Part shown: one piece after another, positions 1-12,492 of the stretch | Position numbering within the stretch: position 1 is the stretch's first letter | Layout of the letters: every line of letters starts with the position of its first letter | NCBI RefSeq assembly: GCF_001194135.2 | Contig: NC_068986.1 | Location: 65,780,995 to 65,844,994 of the forward strand | DNA length: 64,000 nucleotides | Direction: 5' to 3' | Origin: Octopus bimaculoides | Lineage: Eukaryota | Notes under the pieces: generated by a model | The model's input: the letters and a program-made list of their open reading frames with translations, nothing else | The model's database searches: none | What the model was told of the DNA's origin: nothing | Position numbers and translations under genes: made by a program

Positions 1-69
1 ATACATCTCTCTCTCTCTCTCTTTCTGTCTCTTTCTTTCTATCTCTCTCTTTCTCTCTTTCTCTCTCTG

Positions 70-401
70 TGAAAGTATCTGTCATTACAGTATCGAAATG
101 TGATTGTTTCAGTTAGTGGAATAGTTTCATTTTTAACGTAAAAGTATTTGACATGAGTGTTTTTGTTTCACTTTTGACACGTAATACTTAAATAGTGGAA
201 GAGATATTATGTTGCCGTGTGCTCGAACTCTGCAAGAAGTTAAAAAAGTTTTTGACTAAAACACAACTGGAACTCTAAGTAAGGCATGTGTAAAATGTGA
301 ATGAAATTGGTTGCGTAGTTCTCGAGTTTTAGGGATTCACACACACAAACAGACAGACAGACAGACAGACATACATTCTCATTTTTATATATATAGATTA
401 G
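70..401 (+). mobile_element. Non-autonomous Helitron/Helentron-like (DINE-1/Lep1-style) element, 3' part
   Basis: Ends AAATTGGTTGCGTAGTTCTCGAGTTTTAG...(CA)n(ACAG)n-ACATACATTCTCATTTTTATATATATAGATTAG. This layout (internal ACAG microsatellite plus a TATATAGAT-type end) matches recalled HINE/Lep1-like elements. Confidence 0.45.
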
Positions 402-479
402 TGTTGCTTAATATGTTTTGCTAGAATTGCTGTTTCTTTTCAGCTATCATCTGAAAATAGGTAATTAAAATTCATTCAA

Positions 480-581
480 ATGACAGATCTATCGGACTTT
501 CAAAGAGACCAAATTGTTGGTACTTGTATGGCAGGCGCTAGCGTAATGAAAACAGCCGAAATGTTTGGTGTATCAAGAAGT
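480..581 (+). pseudogene. Tc1-family transposase N-terminal fragment
   Basis: Translates MTDLSDFQRDQIVGTCMAGASVMKTAEMFGVSRS, the Tc1 paired-like HTH start (DLSDFQRGQIVG..MAGAS..KTA..FGVSR). Truncated thereafter. Confidence 0.75.
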
Positions 582-1029
582 TACCATTTTTTGTTATGGA
601 AAGTTAATAGTAATGAAAATTGTGGCAATACTTCATTCCCTAACTCGACGGGCAAATAATGCCCAAACACAAGAACTTTAACGAGAAACCACTTTATGTA
701 CGGACGTACCTGATGTGACCCAGACTGCAAAATGGATGCAACACATGTTGGACGGAATCCCATCCAAAAGGGACAGTAGCAATGTAGGTCGAAACGATCA
801 TCGTACAAAATAAAGACTAATACCAAATCCATTTTCTGGTTACTTAGGAAATTATTCTTATCTCAACTAATATTGTAGAATTCTTGAAATAGATCCAACG
901 GAAATATGCCTCAACTGCAGATGAAACCGGGTAGCCCAATCCGTGCCAGTACTCTACTCGACACTTCAACACACTAATCGATGTACACCAATTAGTCCAA
1001 AATGTTACATATACACACGCCCACACTCA

Positions 1030-1667
1030 CACACACATATATAATATAAGTTTAAAAACGTAATAAATGCGCCAACAAACAGGAAACTAACACAGAACGT
1101 CACCAAATCCTCATTAATTATCGGCCAGAAGGTCAAACGCACTTTCGTGCATTAATGATAATATCGCTTCCCCTCTGATGGTGCCGACTGTGAGAAGCCG
1201 CCGAGATATGACGATCCAACAAACAAAGGACAACACATGACAGAAAATGGGCAAACAAACAAGAAATAAACAACCATGCGATACAGAAAGTGAACATACA
1301 AATGTGGAATAAATGTAATTCAAAACGAGACAGTTAGTCGACGGACGAGGGACAAAGAAGAAAACAAACAAGACGAAAGGTAGAGATACGAACGAACTGA
1401 AATAAATTAACAGAATACGGCCTTAGAGCCAGACAGGAGACAAAAATATGGTTAACGGCGGGAGGAATATCCTAAAGGATTAACAGAGAGAGAGCGAAAG
1501 GTGAAGAGAATGGGAGACGAGAGAAAATATGACTCGTCGCTTCGGCGGTTGGCGTGAAAAGGAAGTAGTAGAAGGGAGAAAAGTTGTAGAGGGCAGAGAG
1601 AACCACAGAGAGCAGAGAGGGGTGGCAAAAGACAGGAACAGACAGCAGCACAGAATTGTACAGAGGG

Positions 1668-1732
<65 letters not shown>

Positions 1733-1990
1733 AGAGGGAGAGAAAAGAAAAGGCGAGAAAAGAAAAGGAGGAATACACGTCGTATGAGAATATGAAAACT
1801 CAAAAGAATCGTACATGGAGTTCCATTAAATAATAAGTTTAAAAACATGTAATAAATGCACAAACGGGAGACCCAGAAGATCAATTCCTCATCAGTTATA
1901 GGCCGGTGGATCAAACGTAATTTCGCGTCTTAACGATAATATTGATTCAACTCTGGACATGAGTCAACAAGTGGGCCGTAAGAATTAGCA
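1030..1990 (-). repeat. Pair of diverged direct repeats (~1030-1170 and ~1830-1960) around a purine-rich/(AG)n core; possible Penelope-like pseudo-LTR remnant
   Basis: Both blocks read ATAATAAGTTTAAAAAC..GTAATAAATGC...TCCTCAT.A.TTAT.GGCC.G..G.TCAAACG.A.TTTCG.G..TTAA.GATAATAT. The family assignment is a guess. Confidence 0.35.
1672..1728. repeat. (AG)n microsatellite
   Basis: Direct reading. Confidence 0.98.
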
Positions 1991-3504
1991 AACAAATCCC
2001 TCGCATACCGTGCCCTGTTGTTTTGATAATACAGAGCAATATTGTCTTACATTGTGCTTGAAAAAAATAAAGCTGTCGTCATAGCTGCCTCATCTTTGAT
2101 CATAAATCAAATCTATCAAAGTTAATATACGGCTATAAACAATAACAACATATTTATGATAGGACAATAATAACAAAGTAAGAATACCTGACTTAACAGC
2201 TTAATGTAATAGTTGTCATCATTTTTCTCTCTCGCCGTACACTTATAGTTATTCCATTATATCTTTATCTATTGGTGTTGTTTTGTTGACTGGACAGTGT
2301 AAGTGCGTATATGAACGTCACGTCAGTGTGTGCATGTGTATATATTATCCAGCTGTGCTACTTATTTATGGGATGGTGGTATGTGGTCGAATTACAATTT
2401 AATGACATTTCGTCTTTTATTCCAGTAACTCGAAGAAATAAGGAGTTTTATGCCTTATCAGTTCTATTTCGCCCAGTTTAAAATTCGAATATATATGTAG
2501 AAAATAAGCATTTCTTCATTGCTATTAAATGAAATATCGATACCGAACGTGAAAGCCTCTTTGATGATGAGTGCATTTGCCAGAAATATCAGCCAAACGT
2601 ATCTCAATCATACTCAAGTCATACATAACAGCACGTCTTGAATATATTTACCGGAGCTTAACAGTGGAGGTAAAGGCTATATGTTCACAGCTAAAATGCT
2701 TTCGAATTCTACTCGAATAGGAATGATCTGGAGCTAAGCAACAAGATCTTAAATATTTTTGTTCTAACCTCTCTTAGTATCTTATGACTTTCAATGCAAA
2801 TGCTCGTTATGTGAAAAATATATTTAAGTATTTTGTCCAAAATCAATCAATGGAGCAGCATTAGCGATAAAACTGCGGTCAAAATCACAAGCGACTCCAT
2901 AAAGCGTATGAATAAGTAAATTTTGTATGTATGAAAATATTTAGTATCACTGTGAAACGTCATATCAGGTAGTGATATCGAGACTGACAACAAAAAAAGG
3001 CTGCGAAAATAACAGAAGTTACTGCAGTGAATGAGAAAGGATCAATATACGCAAAACATATTTAATTGCAAACCAACGAGAGAGTCTCAGCGTGGTCTTT
3101 GCAGCAACCGAATTTCTCCATGTGATAATCCGCCTTCTTACAAGATAGAGGATATGTTGGATAATATTGTCCTTAGTAGACTGCCTGGATATAAAGATGC
3201 TTAGCGGTAGATGAAACATAGGCTAACTTAATCTCAAGGGAACTTTTGGAGTAAACAGCAACATAGGGACCCTCTTGTCTGGCGTACACGATATCCAAAG
3301 ACACGAATGGGCGTGACTGGATTACCTTTTCTTGTATATCTGATTTATTAGGGATGCCCTGTAGCTAAACATCAAAAGTAACAAAATAATTATCACTGCG
3401 TAAGAGTTTAAAAATAGAGAAGGAGAATCCTATTCATAGGATCCAAGCTTCGATCATTCTTGAAATCAACCAACTACATTGTGGCTCAGATTTAAGTCGG
3501 CACC

Positions 3505-3696
3505 ACACATACATTCATGCTCACATACATTCATGCTCACATACATTCATGCTCACATACATGTATGCCTACATACCTACATAGGTACGTACATGCATCC
3601 ATGCATACATACATGCATGCATACATGCATGCATACATACATGCAAGGATGAATACATGCAGATAGACAAACAGACAGATAGATAGATTGATAAAT

Positions 3697-3781
<85 letters not shown>
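3505..3781. repeat. Compound repeat: 16-bp CACATACATTCATGCT tandem, then (CATA/CATG)n, (AGAC)n, (AGAT)n
   Basis: Direct reading. Confidence 0.95.
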
Positions 3782-4757
3782 TGCTCACATATGGATACAT
3801 AGAAAAGGAAAAAGAAAGAATTGATCGATATTATATTACATTAAGTTATATTACATTAATGATCTTTGAATATACACATATATGCGTATGTGTATATGTG
3901 TTGTATGTGTGTGTGTGTGTTTCGGTACTTGTATATGATTTTGTGCATGTGCTTATGTATATTTGTATGTGTTTTTGTCTTTGTATGTTCTGTTGATATC
4001 AAATTTTTGCGATGGAAAAAGAAAAGAACAACAAATACTTCTTTTCTATTAGGGTTATCATTTCAGCATATATTATTTGGCGCCAGTTTGTATCGCAGGA
4101 TCGAAAATCTAGATTCTTGAACCCCGTAGAGAGCCCTAATTCAAACTTTGTATGAAGAAAGCCTTTATGAATGACCTTACCAACACTACATGAAAATATT
4201 GTTATTAATATATTTTATCACTCGATAATTTAATTTCAATTGTTTCCATAAGTATTGACATAGATCAGATGATTACATGATTCTGGCTTTTGTCATTTAT
4301 TACGGATTAGTACATCGAAATATAACTGATGTCACATTACATGGTTATGATACGATATTGGTTTTTAATGTTATGAAAATTTCTTACAGGTTCTACATCG
4401 AAATAATCACCAGCATTTAATGTTTTTATAATAAACATGATTTCTTCTGTCAATGCCCTGCCAGCATACTAAGATTGGGTTGTTACATTGGTCAGACGTC
4501 TCAGTTGTATAAAAAACATCATATGCATATATACATGTTTGTATGTATACATGTATGCATGTATATGTCTTTGTGTATGCTCTTGTATGTGCGTGTGCTC
4601 GAAGAAGGCAGTTTCTCACAATATAAGTCCCTTCAGATGACAAAAATAATCGAATATAACAAGAAATTCTGAGTAATTAAGGAGAGAAGAGTAATCTTTG
4701 AGCAAATATGTTCCATTATATATTTTTTTTTTGTGCGAATGGTTTTGTTATACGGTG

Positions 4758-5280
4758 CCAGGTTTTACGATCCTGTAAATTATAATAATGGTCTTTATAT
4801 AAACCTAAAACTTATAGCGATCTATTATAGTCATTGCACGGTGATAGCTATAAGCTTTAGGCATATATATACATATATATATACACGAGGTCTGGTCAAT
4901 AAGTATTCAGATTGTTGCCATAGTAGNNNNNNNNNNNNNNNNNNNNNNNNNNNNNNNNNNNNNNNNNNNNNNNNNNNNNNNNNNNNNNNNNNNNNNNNNN
5001 NNNNNNNNNNNNNNNNNNNNNNNNNNNNNNNNNNNNNNNNNNNNNNNNNNNNNNNNNNNNNNNNNNNNNNNNNNNNNNNNNNNNNNNNNNNNNNNNNNNN
5101 NNNNNNNNNNNCCAGGTTTTACGATCCTGTAAATTATAATAATGGTCTTTATATAAACCTAAAACTTATAGCGATCTATTATAGTCATTGCACGGTGATA
5201 GCTATAAGCTTTAGGCATATATATACATATATATATACACGAGGTCTGGTCAATAAGTATTCAGATTGTTGCCATAGTAG
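4758..5280. other. Identical 169-bp duplication (4758-4926 = 5112-5280) on either side of an N-gap; probable assembly artefact
   Basis: Sequence identical on both sides of the gap at 4927-5111. Confidence 0.85.
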
Positions 5281-6126
5281 CAAAGCTAAAGCACGCAGAG
5301 GGAAGTTACTTAGCAAAGATTGACTTTGACCTCTCTGTTGTGCTTGCACATTGTTCTAATGTTCTAGCTCACTTCTGTTGCTTACAGCAGTACTTGGAAG
5401 GAAGGTGTGAAGCGTGTGATCGTCGCATTGATCAGGAAAAAGAAAGTTGTCATGTCGATACCTGGTCAGACACCTGTGCAAAGTTGGAGAAAGTGTTTGG
5501 AGAGAAATGTAAAAGCCATACACAAGTGTACGAGTTGTTCAGACGTTGCCAAGATGACCGAAAAATGTCGATATTGGCGAACATTCTGGGAGACTCGCAA
5601 CCAGCAGAACTGAGAAAAACATCGCAGATGTGCGTGCAGCTCTGAGTGGAAATTGTCGAATCACCATCCGTAATTTATCAGAGGATGTGTAGATTAGTTA
5701 CGGTTCAGTTCAGTCCATTATCACTGAAGATTTGATGAGATGCATGTCTGCAAATTTTGTGCCAAAACCGCTTTCAGCTGACCAAAACGACACTCGGGAT
5801 TCAGTTGTACAAGATCTCCTTGATTGTCTCGAGAACGATGAAAACTTTTTGAAAATTTTGCGTAGGCCTTTGAGCAGGTATCGCCAAGCTTTTGGCAAAA
5901 TTTGAAGCAGATTATCTACTGAACTTCCTCTGTCATGGTCAATGCGACGATCTCCCACTACACACCTTCCTTCCAAGCAGTACTGTAAATAGCGTAAGCT
6001 ATAACGTTAAAACTTAGTGCACATGCACAGCAGAGTTCAAAGTCAATCTGTGATAAGCGGTTTTACTCTTTCTGATTTAGTTTCGTTACTATGGTAACCG
6101 TCTGGATACTTACTGATCATACCACG
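5240..6126 (+). mobile_element. Non-autonomous fold-back mariner derivative (~890 bp; both ends are 5' ends), copy A
   Basis: Termini CGAGGTCTGGTCAATAAGTATTCAGATTGTTGCC / GGTAACCGTCTGGATACTTACTGATCATACCACG-TA. The + arm encodes degraded mariner HTH-HTH to ...CLENDENFLK. The - arm restarts the same ORF (MTEEVQ*IICFKFCQKLGDTCSKAYAK). No catalytic domain. Confidence 0.85.
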
Positions 6127-6153
6127 TATACAGACACACACATATATAAATAC

Positions 6154-6185
<32 letters not shown>

Positions 6186-6429
6186 ATACATACATATATA
6201 TACTGTGTGTATATATATATATATATACACCATATATATATATATATANNNNNNNNNNNNNNNNNNNNNNNNNNNNNNNNNNNNNNNNNNNNNNNNNNNN
6301 NNNNNNNNNNNNNNNNNNNNNNNNNNNNNNNNNNNNNNNNNNNNNNNNNNNNNNNNNNNNNNNNNNNNNNNNNNNNNNNNNNNNNTGTGTGTGTGTGTGT
6401 GTGTGTATACATATATATATATAATTAAT

Positions 6430-6650
6430 CCCCAAAAAAGCTAAGAAAAAACACACGAAGAAAAAAAACAACAACGCAAGGATGTGGTACATGCAATGTC
6501 TTAACAGACGCTCAGGGAAGGAAAAAAGTTAGTTTTACGTTTCAAGCAAAGTTCTTCTTCAGAAACAGGAGGCAGAGGAAAGTCCAAGACAAAAGGAAGA
6601 CAGAGGGGAAAAAAATCCACATTTTGTTACATTTTGAAATGGAGTATATA
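6430..6650 (-). mobile_element. Penelope-like element terminal (pLTR) fragment
   Basis: Pyrimidine-rich minus-strand tract that contains a minimal hammerhead core, followed by CCCTGAGCGTC and a T-rich tail. Confidence 0.55.
6532..6566 (-). ncRNA. Minimal type I hammerhead ribozyme motif (stem II mutated)
   Basis: Minus strand: GTTT-CTGAAGA-A-GAAC-TTT-GCTT-GAAAC-GTA-AAAC. Stem I GTTT/AAAC is perfect; stem III is the palindrome ACGT; cleavage triplet GUA. Confidence 0.65.
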
Positions 6651-6651
6651 T

Positions 6652-7511
6652 ATTACATGGAAAAATGCGAGTAAGAGAAATAATATTCTTAAGATTATAA
6701 ATCTGGAAAAGAGCGGGACAAGTTATTACACTTGGAAAAGTTCAGGGCAAGTTATTACATCTGGTAAAGTATAGAACAAGAAAAGTTTTACTTAAAATAT
6801 TGTAGCTAAGGATAACATTTCAAATTAAATATTTAGATTCAGAAAATATTAGCTTTTATTAAAACTAAAAATTAATAATTAGAAATTTGAAATTAGGTTA
6901 TAAAAAATAACAGTAGTACATAATTAGTTAGTACAATAAATAGAATAATACAAAAATTAGTTTATATTACTTCTGTTTGTTATTACTTGTTATTTCTATT
7001 AAAAATTTAAAATAACTCAAAATATTTTTTGCATTTTAAAAAATTCATTTTTTTACTTATTAATTAATAGTTAGAAATTTGCAATTAGGTTATAAGAAAT
7101 AATAGAATAATACAAACATTAGTTATATATTACAGTAAAATCTACCTGTAACAACAAATTCACAGTAAGATTTGCTTGAGTTATTGCCCAAGTTATTGCC
7201 AAGTTTTCACATTTTTAGTCTTGACCCAATCCCTATTTTTTACATAATGAATTTTCCTACCATGTATACTATTCTACTTTGTATAAAACTTTAGTTATAT
7301 TGGTACTTCTGACTCTCATTAATAAAATAATTTTCAATATTCAAATTTTATCCTTCGCTGCAATATTTTAAGTAAAAATTTTTTTGTTCTATACTTTACC
7401 AGATGTAATAACTTGCCCTGAACTTTTCCATGTGTAATAACTTGTCCTATTCTTTTCCAGATTTATAATCTTAAGAATATTATATCTCTTGCTAGCATTT
7501 TTCCATGTAAT
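6652..7511. mobile_element. MITE with ~150-bp terminal inverted repeats and probable TA target site
   Basis: ATTACATGGAAAAATGCGAGTAAGAG...TTAAAATATTGTAGC at 6652 matches the reverse complement of ~7355-7511. The TIRs contain direct subrepeats (CAAGTTATTACA..TGG.AAAG). AT-rich interior with a local duplication. Confidence 0.88.
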
Positions 7512-8224
7512 CCATGTTGTTTCCCAGGATACGCTATTACGCTAATTAATAATGTGTCAAATGTGTCAATTAGCGGTGTCGTTGATAATTTTTTTCCTTA
7601 TCTCATTCATGTCGGTGACATATATTAAAAGTCCTCTAGAACTATATTCATAAAAAAAGTATAGAACTGTATTTTCACCCTCAAATTTGAGAAAAAAAAC
7701 ACTCATAACCTTTTTCTTTTAAAACTTCATTGCATGAGATTGATACTATGAAATTTCTCGAATTGAGCTCTATCATTTAAGCATAATTAAAATATAGTTT
7801 GTTTTTAAAATAAAAGAGTTAATTATACTTAAATCCAATTTACTTATAATTTTTTCATAGTATTTTACCTCACAACATTTTTTATACAAATTTTTGTTGC
7901 ATGTGATCAAAACTATGAAATTCTTTATGCTTTCTTCTATCATTTTAAAATAGAAAAGTTATTTAGATTTATACTTGATCGGTAGCGTTATTTACTCTCC
8001 TATAACGCTGCTGCAAATTTTGATGTAAACTTTTTTCTACTGGACCAAATCTCCATTTTTTATGCCAAAATGTAGCTAGAGACCAGTCTTTTCAAAAATG
8101 TTAACAGTTTTCCATTTGGTTAAGAACTGAATTAGCGATAAGCTCTGAAGGATGCTACGTGTGAGTAAATTGCGGCCCTAAGAATATCATTCAACTACAG
8201 TAGTAGCTGAATGATATATACATA

Positions 8225-9000
8225 TATTGTATTGCATGCACAATAAAAGGAGGTTTATTTTCAAACCAAGCTTTGTAAGTCTTCTTCTTTGCTCGGATGC
8301 TTCCTTTAATTTTCTTGTTAAACTAGTGGCTTCTTTTACTACCTGCTGCTTTTGTCTTCGGCACTGTACGATCATTCCATTTCGGTATCCTCGTTTATTC
8401 AGGAAGTGTTTGAAGTTGATAACTCCAACTCTCTCTTTACACGAACGTCCAGCACAGAAGGAAAGGCGTCCAAGACGATAACAATATCTATCAGTGACCT
8501 CAGTATCAATGTATTCTTACACCAGATATATTTATGGGTAGCCTTGTGCTGGAAGGTGTTCATGATATAAATTCCATTCCCAACACAGAGGTCTTGTAAG
8601 GTTTCTTCTTTTGCATTGAGTTCAGGGTCACCATTTCTCCCAATCATTCCTTTCCACATCAGTGATCAGTGTCAACATCTACATTGAAGTCTCCTTGTTG
8701 GATAAATGAGTTAGTTTTAACTTCATTTAAAACTGCAGTGACTTGGTCAAGGAAGAATTTGTATTTGGCCTCGCTGTCTGGTGCATATATTTGCAACAGC
8801 CACATCGATCTTTCATTCAGCCAATGTTTCAGGAAGCAAACCCTACCACCAAGTGGTATCCACTCCATACCACAATCCAACCGCCGAGAGCTTATGAGTA
8901 TCCCCACTCCTGCTTCTGCATACATAGTTGGCACGACACCCGAATAGTAGAGTTTCTACCCTCCATCCAAATCTGCGGCACCAGAGCCACAGAGCCTTGT
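8225..9000 (-). pseudogene. RTE-clade (Expander/Rex3-like) LINE, AP-endonuclease region, frameshifted
   Basis: TRLCGSGAADLDGG*KLYYSGV..MYAEAGVGIL...LQIYAPDSEAKYKFFL...QGDFNVDV..WKGMIGRNG...IMNTFQHK..HKYIW...RSLIDIVIV..VLDVRVKRELELST, then KKIKGSIRAKKKTYKAW. Confidence 0.9.
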
Positions 9001-10589
9001 TTTAATGTTTATATATATATATTTTCCGAACGGACCACTCTGCCTAGATCCTCATACGTCCCTTCTTATCTCACATGATGGACGGTACTGTTATTCTTGC
9101 GGAACTCTTTACATATTGCAGCCTGTGGTGGTCCTATTAGTACCAAGAAACAAGCAGGTTTCTGTATTTGAACCCACGAGTATGGTAAACTTTATTGCTG
9201 AAATCATTTCAGCCTTTTGCGATATGGGGGTGTTGATTATCTTCAGATGTAGCAAAAATTATGATGATTACTTGTACAGCTACAAAGCATTTTTAGAATG
9301 TTATAAATGTGGTTCTAACATAATTGCAATATTTCGCGAAAGATTTGGCACAGCAGTAAAATAGAGTAATCACCATTCAATTCAAATCAGAAATGATGAA
9401 AGAATTCTCATATCAGCTTATTGCATCATATTATACTTATACGGATGATGCAAAACTTGCAATGAATTGCGTCATACTTTTTTAATGGGATGATGCAGTA
9501 CTTTGTAATAGATGACGTAATCAATGTTTCCTATTGTGTTATATTTCTATTGAAGCATTGAAAAGTGGCACGTTTCTATACTTCAAAAGTTTTAGCTAAT
9601 TTTGAATAATGATAATGAATTTTGTAATCAGTAATCCAAAATTAGTACAGATTAACTGATTTCGATTTTGGTGCAAGAAATGATGTGAATTTTGCTGACC
9701 AGATTAATTTGCTAGATTGTTACTTGTTAGAACTTTAAATTATATACTTAAAAAGAATACTATCGTAATCTATGTAAACGAAGAGTAGAGATATTGTGAA
9801 AGAGAGAGAAACATCTCGAATGTGTATAAACATTCATAGAAAACTCATGTAATTGTAGATTAAATAGTAAAGGTTTAAATTTCGTACATTTAAAGATGAC
9901 TACTGTCGTATTTTGTGTATATAAGTAATAGATATATTGCGAAACGCACAGAAAAAAGAATCTAAAACTGCATAGGCATTGATAGAAAAACATATAATTA
10001 GCTGGAGAATGATGGTATCTACGATTGCAAACAAAAGATAATGAATAAACCTACAAAAATATTTGGTGATATTTTACTTCCGTGATGTCTACAAATGATT
10101 TGGTCGTAAATATTGAACTGATGATAAGCGGGGACTCGAAATCACCTTGGATGATTATATATGTAGTTATATTTCTCCTTTCCTGCCATTCCACACGTAA
10201 AAAGGGTCAAGGCCATAACTTAAGAGACTGAGTAAGAGAAAGCAGCATGAATATTCATCAAGTTTATATAAATCAAAACCTCTTTCTCCTGTGCAAGCGA
10301 TTTAGTGACGACCAACGAGGTGATCGATCGATTTTCAAAATATGCATGCAATTGCGGCAGATAGTGGTGGTGTTGGTGGTGGTAGTGGTTAGAATAAATA
10401 GTGATGATGAAATGAAACAATAATTTTCAGAGAGGCTGCCAAATGTCGATTCCCACCTCATCTTCCTTAAACACCAGACTCAAAACAGATGGAGCTTAAA
10501 TAAAAAGGTTACTCACTGGAATCAAATGTCTTAGTTTACGGTATTGCTGATTAAAGCACAACGGCGGGGATCAAGGGTATAAGATTTTA

Positions 10590-11230
10590 TCTGTTTTTCC
10601 ACCACCATCACCACTACCAAAACCACATCCCTCACAAACACCACCACAACTATCAACAACAAAACTAAAAACCATCACAACCACTACCAAAACCACCACA
10701 GCCACCACAATTGCAGCTACCGCCACCATTATAGCCTGAATCACCACCGACAACACGACCAAAACCACAATCACCATCACTATGCCAACCACCACCATCA
10801 CTTTTACTAATACCACCACCGACAATAACACCTCCAAAACCATCGTGTTACCACAACCACACTATTATGACCTTACCACCACTAAGAGCAGGAGCACCGC
10901 CACCACCACCACCACAAGCACCACCGCAGCCACCACCAACACTACTGCCACTACCAACACCATCACCACCTCGACTGTCACCGCCACCATTTCCACCACN
11001 NNNNNNNNNACTGTCACCGCCACCATTTCCACCACCACCACCTCCAACATTACAGCCACCCCCACCATGACAGTTGTGGTAGTCATTATCCTCATTGTCA
11101 TCATTATCATATTCATCATCATCGTTACCATAATCATCATCGCTAAAGATATAAAGACAATGATGATATCATCATCATTGTCACCATCTTCCTCATCATA
11201 TTTATTATCAATATTGTAACCCTCCGCTAC
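10590..11230. repeat. Cryptic (ACC/CAC/ATC)-rich trinucleotide low-complexity tract with a 26-bp duplication across a 10-N gap
   Basis: Direct reading; ACTGTCACCGCCACCATTTCCACCAC lies on both sides of the gap. Confidence 0.9.
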
Positions 11231-11315
11231 ATTTACTATCAATATTATATCTTACTGCTACATGCGTGCATACATAACCATCGAAAACAAACTCCAAACA
11301 CAGACACCGTACATA

Positions 11316-12492
11316 CAAGGATGGGCTGAAAAGTTCATCGACCGACTATGACGGAGTGACGCTAGAGCTGTGAAATATTGTCTGCTTTAATTTCAGCACC
11401 GCTTATTAATAACTTCATTGTTTCTTTCTTGGTAATCTGACATCTCACTTTTTAAAGAAGACTTCAAATGTAACTTGTAACGACTTCTCTTGAAAATCGA
11501 CAGTTTCGCATCGTGTTATGATCAAGTACCTGCAGGAAAAGGATCTTAGCCCCTAAAGTACATACATACTGACATGGTTCCCATATTAGGGAATGACTCT
11601 CCAGCTTTATCAACAGTGCAAAAGTGGGCAGCTAAATTTAGGAGGGGAGGGAAGAGTCTTGAAGATGGCTCAAGGTCTGGACGTCTTGAAACTACCACCA
11701 CTGAGGAAAACCCTGATCGTGTTCACTACATGGTGATGGATGACAGGTGATTGACTATAAATCAAATGGCCAATGCTATTAGCATATCCTCAGAGAGAAT
11801 TGAGAATATTTTGCACAGTGAACTTGTTTTGGCGAAGGTTTTTATTTGGTGTGTGTCATGTTTTCGAACACCTGATCAAAAGTGCACCTGGTTGATCACA
11901 TCACGGGAATATCTGACATTGTCCCAAGCAGCACCAGTTGGTTTCCTTGAACGAATCCTGAACCAGGATGAATGTTGGCTTCATCATTTTGAGCCAGAAA
12001 CAAAGAGACAATTTATGCCATGGAAAGAACCCTCCTCACCTGTTCCAGAGAAGGTCAAGGTCGTTTTATCTGCGAAGAGGGTGATGACCTCAGTTTTTTC
12101 GGAAAGCAAAAGGCATCGTATTTATTCACTATATAGAAAAGGGCCACACCATCAATGAAGAGCACTATGCCAACTTGTTGTGACATTGAACTGGTTGATC
12201 ACCCTCCCAATTCTCCTGATTTGGCCCTATCTGACAATCTTTTGTTCCCCAGCATGAAAAAACACTTACCTAGGAGCCAGTATTGCAGTGATGATGGCGT
12301 CATACCTGCTTCTGGTGACTTTTTTTTACCAACAGGGTGAAAACTTTTTCACCAATGAGATCCAAGCACTGCAACACCGTGGAAGAAGAGTGTTGACCGC
12401 AAAGGGTACTACGCTGCAAAATAAACCTCATTTGGCCTCATTCCATGAGAGTATCTTGGTCAGCCAATGATGAACTTTTCAGCCGATTCTCA
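11316..12492 (+). mobile_element. Mariner transposon, degenerate, with an internal deletion
   Basis: TIRs GGGCTGAAAAGTTCATC / GATGAACTTTTCAGCC. Transposase remnants LSTVQKWAAKFRRG..SLEDGSRSGR, NQDECWLHHFEPETKRQ, HPPNSPDLALSD. The region around the second catalytic Asp is deleted near 12180. Confidence 0.92.

Noticed and set aside
4758-5280. 169-bp direct repeat as a biological duplication
   Set aside because: It is identical and flanks a scaffold gap, so it is most likely an unmerged contig overlap.
10117-10145. CTGATGA...GAAA motif
   Set aside because: The intervening bases cannot form stem II.
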